NCBI GenBank assembly: GCA_043821365.1
Contig: JBDRCX010000006.1
Span: 480,001 to 544,000, forward strand
DNA length: 64,000 nucleotides
Direction of reading: 5' to 3'
From: Candidatus Micrarchaeota archaeon
GTDB lineage: Archaea > Micrarchaeota > Micrarchaeia > Anstonellales > Bilamarchaeaceae
The notes under the pieces are model-generated. The model saw only the letters and a program-made list of their open reading frames with translations, was not told where the DNA came from and did no database searches. Both the position numbers and the translations under genes were made by a program. Shown in pieces: positions 59,501-64,000 of the stretch (position 1 is the first letter of the stretch; every line of letters starts with the position of its first letter).

Positions 59501-62500
59501 TTCACCTTCATATTTTCTTACCAAATGAGCAGGTCTTCCTGAAACTAGTGAGTAAGTATCTTCAGATGTTGTTAATCTTCTTACTAATGAATGTATTGCA
59601 GTTCTTCCTGCTTGTCCTTCTTGAGTTGCACCAAACAATCCAATTCTTAGTTCTCCTCTTGGTGTTCTGCTTGCAGTTGCAAATGCAACTATTCTTCCAC
59701 CCTCTCTTGCTACAAACCAAATTGGTGTTACTTCTGTAAATAATTTTTCAGGATTACTATAATGTAAGTCTGCAGCACCATAAGCTTCATCATAAAGTCT
59801 TTTTATCTCAGGCCAAGCTGCTGCTCGTTCTTGTTCAGTTATTTCAGACCATGGTCTTTTACCATCAACTTCAATATCAGTAATTGCTCTTTTTCTTTCA
59901 ACAAATTCCTGGCTTTCATCATGCCTAACTGGTTCAAGTGTTCGTAATTTTGCAGCCAATTTTTCAGTTCCTTGCTCAATTCTTGTTGCAAATTCCTCTA
60001 GTTGTTTTGCTCTTGCTGTTTCTCCTGCCTCGCGTAAAACCTTTGCTTCACCTCTGAATCTACTTACATTTGCTTTTCTTCTTGTTATAGTTTCTCTTAG
60101 ATTCTCTACTGTTACTGGTCTTTCTAGTAATCGTTGTTCTTCAGACATTGCCCTTATTACTATAGCTTCTGGTTGCCTTGCTATTTCTGGTATTTTCATT
60201 GCTGCATCAAGACCAAATTCCAACTGTCTTGCTCTGCTTTTTCGATTAGCTAAATATTCAGGATTTAATGCAAGTTCCATTGCATGCCTCTGAACTTTTT
60301 CAGGTTGCCCTCTAAGTGCTTCTGCCACAAATGCTCTTTTTTGTTCTGGGGGCAATGAAGCAAATTCTGGATTATTAAGAATTCTCTCTGCACTACTTAC
60401 AATTCTCAGTGCAGTATCAACATGTTCAGAAGAATAAGTTTTTTGTTCTTCTCCTCTCCCTAATCTATATGTTGTTCCATCTTCACCGGGTTCTATGAAT
60501 CTACTTTTTAATTGTGCATGCAAAACTTGTTCTGCTGCTCTTTCACGACGTTCCCGCATTTCTGTTGTTCTATCTACAGGGGCATCTTGTTCTGCATCGT
60601 GGGGATGTCCTCCTGGTATCTCAGCTTCTGGAGGATTAAGGAAATATACTTCGGCTTCTGCCAAAAATTTCTCAGTTGCTGCAGCACCTAGTGGTCTAAA
60701 TTCAGTTCTTCCGCCAACTTTTCTTGTTGGTATTCTATCCATGAATACCAATCCTTCTTCTGGTGTAAGACTTCTTCCTAATCGCAATTCCATCTGGCCA
60801 TACAAAGTTTTTTGTGTCTCACCAAGTTGGCCGAATCTTTTTCCATGTTGGGCTCTTAGTGCGGTTGTCTCTGCAAGGCTCATTGTATGAACGGTTTCTC
60901 CAGTCAGGCCAGTCATCACTCCTCTGAAAATTTTTGCTCCTCTTGTGTCTTGGGATGTTCCAGCAACTCTCCATGCTCTTGCAGTTCTTGTTGGTGCAAC
61001 ATGCGCTCCAACTGGTGCTGTTGCTTGTACTACACCAAGTACACCAGTTGTAAAGAATTCTAATCCACCTATATCTCCATGTATCCATGCTTTTCCAGAT
61101 TCATAGGCTCCATAACCTGCCATTCCAAGGCCGCCTGCCATTAGCCCCCCACCAAGGACGGTGATTCCTCTCCCACCAGTTCCCATCATACTACTAAACA
61201 TTGTCACTCTGCCAACTGCAAGAGATTCATTTGCAATTCCACTTAAACTACCAAGTGCTGCACCACCAAAACCCAAAACAACTCCACCTACTCCAAGTAC
61301 TTGTTCTGCTGTACCCATCTGCGAAAATCCACCTGATCTTCGGCTATTTTCTGCTAGATCATGAAGTGCCTTTGTTCCAAATCCAACACCAACAACTGCT
61401 CCAAAACCAGTTGCAGTAAGTCCTAGTGCAAGAGTAAGTTCAACTCCTGCCTGTATCCCTCTTGCAGTACTTTCAGAACTCTGGCCTTCTTTTAAAAGGC
61501 GGCCATAGTCTGTATCATATTGTCCTGCAAAATCTGATGTTTCTGCATACAATCCTTGAATGTATTCATCAGTAGCTGGTTTTCCACCTTGTAATCTATT
61601 CTGCAAAACTCCATTTATAACTTCTAAATCATGATCTGCATAAGTAGCTACAACATCATACATTTGTTTTCTTTCACTATATGACCAAATTGTTGTAAGT
61701 CCAAGATGAACTCCGAAATAATCGCCAAGCAATTGGCTTATACCTTTTATGTCTTTTGTCCCTGTTGCATGCGCAAGAACAACTTTGTGTTCTTCTGGTG
61801 TGAGGCGTACCTGGGTCCATCCATCATCTTCGTCCCAGGCTATTCCCATTTTTGCAAATGTTGCAGTTGTGTATAAGTCAGCTAATTTTATTGGTTCGCG
61901 ATGTGCTGCAAGAGCAAACCTGTCTCCTTCAACATGTTTAAATCCAACAGAATATGTTTGTAGCGAATCTAGATATCCATGCATGGCAGCGTATAATGCA
62001 TGTGGAATGTCATCATAATCAGCACCGGCACTAATTTTAGCATCATCATAAACTCCGTCTCGGTCTCTTATCTTTACCTCTATTGCCGGTAGACTGACCT
62101 GCCCCCCGCTTAATATTTTGCGTGTGATTCCTTCAGGATCAGATGCAGCTGCTCTTCCAATTTGGAGTAAGTCTGCTGCTCTCCATCTTAGATTCATGTT
62201 AAAAGGGCTGTAACCATGGGTTCTTACGTACTGGTCAACATTATCAAATAGCATTATTGAATCTTCCAAACAACTCATGGCAAGTTGAGCACCAGCATTG
62301 AATTGATCCACTCGTGTACTAATTCTACTAAACTCAAGATCAGCTGTTAATTGTGCATGCAATCCGGGTCTTATCTGATCATGTTCTTGAAGATAAGCCA
62401 ACCCCTTTCTCATTGGTGTGCCATCTTCTACCATTTCTTCATAAACTGCCTGGCCTCCTTTTTCTATTCTTCTTTGATTATATATCCTACCATTAAATCC

Positions 62501-64000
62501 ATTTGTGGCTTGATATATCCCCCATATCAAATCCCTACTATATTCTGGTTTGAATGTATCTGCATATCCTTCTGTTAACATTACATCAATTGATGTTCCA
62601 AGCACTCTTGAGGTTTGTACTAAATCTTCTCTGACTTCTTTTGCATTTCCTGCAAGGGCTCTTGTTATTCCTGTGGCAAGTACAGCATCCAAAACTTGCT
62701 GGTGTGCTCCTATTGCTGCATAATCTATTTTTTCATCACCTTGTGGTATCTCTTGTGGTTTTCCAAATTCGCCTAAGTTGTGTTCAAGTCTTGTAAGTTC
62801 AACTTCTCGTTGTCTTAAGTATTCCATCTGACTAAGTCTTTGCATTCCTACCTGGTAGACTGAAGCAAAACTAGCAAAACGTTGATTGGTTTCATCGATT
62901 GTTCCGTCCAGTTCTCCTGAACCTACTCCTCCACGGCTTAGTTCTGCAATATCACCATCAATTAGATGAACAACCTCAGCAGTCTGAAGTCTTAAGTGAT
63001 GAGCAGTATCAGATAATTCACTTGCGTGATGGACTATTATTTCTCCTATTTCTCCCTCTTTCATCTCACCGTGTGTTCTTTCGATTTTATCTTCCATACT
63101 AGCTAATCTTCCTGCATTCACTTCCAAACCAGTTTTTTGATACATTCTTCTAATCATTAACGGTTGGTTTGCTGTAAATTGATCTAGTTGTATTCTAACG
63201 TATTCAAGTTGTTGATCTATTGATTCAGGTGTACTTGTTCCGTTCACCATTCTATCAATTTCATCATCAACTTTTCCTGCAGCTGCATCAAGCTCTGCTG
63301 CTAAAGTTGCCGCACCACTTGCAATAATTTGCCGTGATTCTTGTGTTCTCTCTTTTGTTTCTGGTTCCATTCCCTTTCCTTCGGTGGTGTCTGCATATTG
63401 TTGCATTAATGCTTCTGCCTGTCTTTCAAATGATCCTCTTTCCAACAATAACATCTGTGATTGCTGTGCAAACTCAACTCTTTTTGGGAATGTTGCAAGT
63501 CTTAGTTCAACTTCCCTAAAGTTTCCTGTGGCCCTGGTCATATCAATGCTATAAACTTCTTCCATAAGGCCACGGTAATCAAATCCCACAACTACTGGTT
63601 CACCATCATTGCCAGTTTTTATCTCAGTTCTTAATACCTCTCCATCTCTTTGGCTGTCATCAGCCATATCAAATAACATTGCATGTTGCTGGTGAATGTC
63701 TACTTTTCTCTGATCTAATTGAATTCCAAAAACCGCACTTTTCAATGTTTTCTGAGCGTGTCCAAATCTTTCTCTTCTTGCATATCTTTTCGCAAGTTCA
63801 AGTTCTTGCATTCTTGCCTGTGTATCAAGTAAAGGAGTGCCTGCTTCTATTGTTGCACCAGCATGTTCTACAGTTGCTGCTAAGGTTATCGCACCCTCTT
63901 CTCTCCCGCTTCCATGTTGCTGGTCAAGTTCTCTAAGTCTTGCTTGTTCTGCTTCTATGCTTTTTACAAAACGTGCAACAGTATGCTGTATCTGTCTTTC
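53573..64000 (-). CDS. Giant multidomain protein (>3475 aa, N-terminus outside the window): hydrophobic Gly-rich segment, GNAT-like, GGDEF-like x2, metallophosphoesterase, duplicated C-terminal domain
   Basis: The frame stays open from the track's Met at 63811 to position 64000 (ERQIQHTVARF...TQAR-MQELEL). Motifs: INKMFGEEVGDQAL/GGDEA; GDVHG/GDYIDRG/GNHE/THGG/GHS. Confidence 0.85.
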   Translation of the reverse strand, partial: ERQIQHTVARFVKSIEAEQARLRELDQQHGSGREEGAITLAATVEHAGATIEAGTPLLDTQARMQELELAKRYARRERFGHAQKTLKSAVFGIQLDQRKVDIHQQHAMLFDMADDSQRDGEVLRTEIKTGNDGEPVVVGFDYRGLMEEVYSIDMTRATGNFREVELRLATFPKRVEFAQQSQMLLLERGSFERQAEALMQQYADTTEGKGMEPETKERTQESRQIIASGAATLAAELDAAAGKVDDEIDRMVNGTSTPESIDQQLEYVRIQLDQFTANQPLMIRRMYQKTGLEVNAGRLASMEDKIERTHGEMKEGEIGEIIVHHASELSDTAHHLRLQTAEVVHLIDGDIAELSRGGVGSGELDGTIDETNQRFASFASVYQVGMQRLSQMEYLRQREVELTRLEHNLGEFGKPQEIPQGDEKIDYAAIGAHQQVLDAVLATGITRALAGNAKEVREDLVQTSRVLGTSIDVMLTEGYADTFKPEYSRDLIWGIYQATNGFNGRIYNQRRIEKGGQAVYEEMVEDGTPMRKGLAYLQEHDQIRPGLHAQLTADLEFSRISTRVDQFNAGAQLAMSCLEDSIMLFDNVDQYVRTHGYSPFNMNLRWRAADLLQIGRAAASDPEGITRKILSGGQVSLPAIEVKIRDRDGVYDDAKISAGADYDDIPHALYAAMHGYLDSLQTYSVGFKHVEGDRFALAAHREPIKLADLYTTATFAKMGIAWDEDDGWTQVRLTPEEHKVVLAHATGTKDIKGISQLLGDYFGVHLGLTTIWSYSERKQMYDVVATYADHDLEVINGVLQNRLQGGKPATDEYIQGLYAETSDFAGQYDTDYGRLLKEGQSSESTARGIQAGVELTLALGLTATGFGAVVGVGFGTKALHDLAENSRRSGGFSQMGTAEQVLGVGGVVLGFGGAALGSLSGIANESLAVGRVTMFSSMMGTGGRGITVLGGGLMAGGLGMAGYGAYESGKAWIHGDIGGLEFFTTGVLGVVQATAPVGAHVAPTRTARAWRVAGTSQDTRGAKIFRGVMTGLTGETVHTMSLAETTALRAQHGKRFGQLGETQKTLYGQMELRLGRSLTPEEGLVFMDRIPTRKVGGRTEFRPLGAAATEKFLAEAEVYFLNPPEAEIPGGHPHDAEQDAPVDRTTEMRERRERAAEQVLHAQLKSRFIEPGEDGTTYRLGRGEEQKTYSSEHVDTALRIVSSAERILNNPEFASLPPEQKRAFVAEALRGQPEKVQRHAMELALNPEYLANRKSRARQLEFGLDAAMKIPEIARQPEAIVIRAMSEEQRLLERPVTVENLRETITRRKANVSRFRGEAKVLREAGETARAKQLEEFATRIEQGTEKLAAKLRTLEPVRHDESQEFVERKRAITDIEVDGKRPWSEITEQERAAAWPEIKRLYDEAYGAADLHYSNPEKLFTEVTPIWFVAREGGRIVAFATASRTPRGELRIGLFGATQEGQAGRTAIHSLVRRLTTSEDTYSLVSGRPAHLVRKYEGEFTLFEEAKIAMGSGIQRGELSPTKPGKNLKALRRMAGFETSEIVLEASKRTGRPVAEIKFEDLVDQAAIRGEIPDTPEAKARCFAVSQDIEGSPTIVIKLMVGHPRKVGAQARVTETAMPIAVGAEGIEPTPISKGRRTRGPETKVVEPETRAPVVEPESIEAGEFVRLRPSRELFKTDDVVGHVLRRAGVELIDGELVRTGQPEWLIGHEAVAGEEVSIGRMVRSIEDVILSDAMQGQEMDVIVIRPDKKSLSQINKMFGEEVGDQALGVYQDIIQGAVRRIIGDSQEQTAHIIRPPSGGGDEAVGIIIVPKGKGEDVRTRLGQEMRAVTDAEFQRISTASDGSGRLRYSLSLMTDPLRLIEASYDISRPVTVGRAEDGRAVAVHADGSDAMLQRSESRIGFLEGLITRAEEDGSLSFAPSLRERLGVRTGVGWKLSESIGQVGDGETVSGTAFEVRLQIDDNQAYVDIGGRLPGVERTVETPYLEITGKGYAEVERNAFGLRGFNTFLGHDGANYLVSTVEAAVARYATEHGVTVRRLGTMKYVIEGGTPADATVMARVIDEQLHSAGVKMSVQKQGAVPIENANFADAMASISNGRLRMLWGSENYDSADAIIAAMAIGNDDTLTRLGLGKLRDITEVIRKNPQLRKVEDLVIKLRRLPEPRGADMLEAFQDFVLTEGRTFEIRRQAITRSPDGMSLAIVDDAPRLAPVQKRTGEPDHAYRYRVRQQEREVELAVQEQQLGKRIPESTKLGRRLHLIAEDSKLGTANERMLAEQLGSDATYQEAIRTGSLDEAIAIADRYGTVLEAIESSPPTMKQGAYVDVIQNARQVIAIGDVHGDVYGVVDQFLRQGILIDTMEGIPRTLPKTDPRYVPPAKRYRLNPDLPEGSQIVFMGDYIDRGPTSVDVVELVSQMKSDGGQTGTRVHALRGNHEELFRRFVEFYRGSSDQEVRAVFEGKANADDIMGAMKQWSRVGVDQTFESIIERYGSWENFIHENYDQQGRVIEGSFMHFIEQSRAAVIIDNNYFTHGGPVLQSDGQLITSPEMLDAHFQRLFTTADNHWGTVFGDIRVMESGDYSSAYVEGRHGWAPIMSQEIAAQWREALGVDHIYVGHSRGKGVRAAGGYVTNLDASMSEAYGRGSGFVVIDPLRKTAPARLHTSRAPEDSPHLIGVADDSHVPTDFTNGRDRTTILRNPISQAADDVYAGREVVVKRPDVTKPPSRSILGMEESDLPSRVTYEAVIREDGNVQFNFEYDGVENILLVRIADDGMTPAELRTYYEGEISREVNSAKETHILDTLDQSLSSSPEMMRDAVMAGAKTIRRTAPEETRVQMLEAYSRTVAALDEHLHYAQVEGFITIGQIGNVLGFAAKLHLLGVDPVPLLSHEVKPGVRNGLLDNFRPTDVDSFRMLEQATETSRRLLDRIPLDQITDPDARGAVVKHIFEYLFDDVSRLPTAESREAYMQLIGSNLDNLDFGVLSEALAIRVDVKVGRKTRQETILLGDITADRADQLSVRPNRLPFATYLLPETGPVPRSLVLRALSSDAIRKELRSHANFRQVADLMDNIFNSSGNTTVEPWLRLVGAELEYIARDGATKADKAEFLGSSRTRGKIDYMDLIYNAYLDGKVSPADLARISRNLIGPDGGVLPIDAFTQTVSSEIGKLFIPSDVQLPAAFILENIDLIMDYTQYRGNLTEAAPRSTQNLVGYYGPQEGFGEAAIVFDQAIRAMAEGRFQEFKFSDEFRGELISLVGEERGSRIFETWRQNHTADQVTVGDATHTILETGSFEDGFYGGRVRGERTCQDISQQTFHIAGIVGTVELPWIKQIVIKNPAGEIIYRRRIFLMQGDDGNPILVAQPKYGAKDMPGLAEIDTAVMASIRTRYEEMGIGVRDIDHAYANDIGPNAGYRTFTSGRSPYYYMDSNGYVVRAGREGIVFARHGLHYREPGTSEGYRQPDIFQKGWNERRDITGELIKD

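Noticed and set aside
63679-63936. 85-aa ORF apparently upstream of the giant gene
   Set aside because: It is an alternate frame; the giant ORF's own frame is open through to 64000.

Overview
Low-GC, densely coded archaeal chromosomal window. The gene set is archaeal (Rpo11/Rpo12, eS1, eL43, exosome, NAC, LonB, EndA). Compactness and divergent core proteins suggest a DPANN lineage, probably Micrarchaeota; that assignment is inference. The housekeeping backbone includes RNase HI, Elp3, ScpB, tRNA-Ser(UGA), PurA, an exosome superoperon, LonB, Csl4-Rpo11, uS15-eS1-NAC and RtcA. Two accessory loci stand out. (1) An ~12 kb translationally coupled operon (9926-21825) carries six tandem paralogous multi-pass membrane proteins with VirB6/TraG_N-like hydrophobic patterns, a 1326-aa Cys-rich lipoprotein and a zinc-ribbon protein. 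It shares a divergent promoter with a ~1300-aa membrane-anchored repeat protein. This is a candidate cell-contact or translocation apparatus. (2) A giant ORF of more than 3475 aa (53573 to beyond 64000) has a Gly-rich hydrophobic segment, GNAT-like, GGDEF-like and intact metallophosphoesterase domains. Its C-terminal domain recurs as a stand-alone gene two genes downstream, a polymorphic-toxin or polyvalent-effector-like layout. Smaller signals: a ~64-nt two-hairpin leader shared by rpo12 and rps15, an Rpo12 with no zinc cysteines, an EndA missing two of three catalytic residues, and a family of intergenic palindromes. No CRISPR array, rRNA, integrase or transposase was seen. All assignments come from motif recognition by eye; no searches were run.
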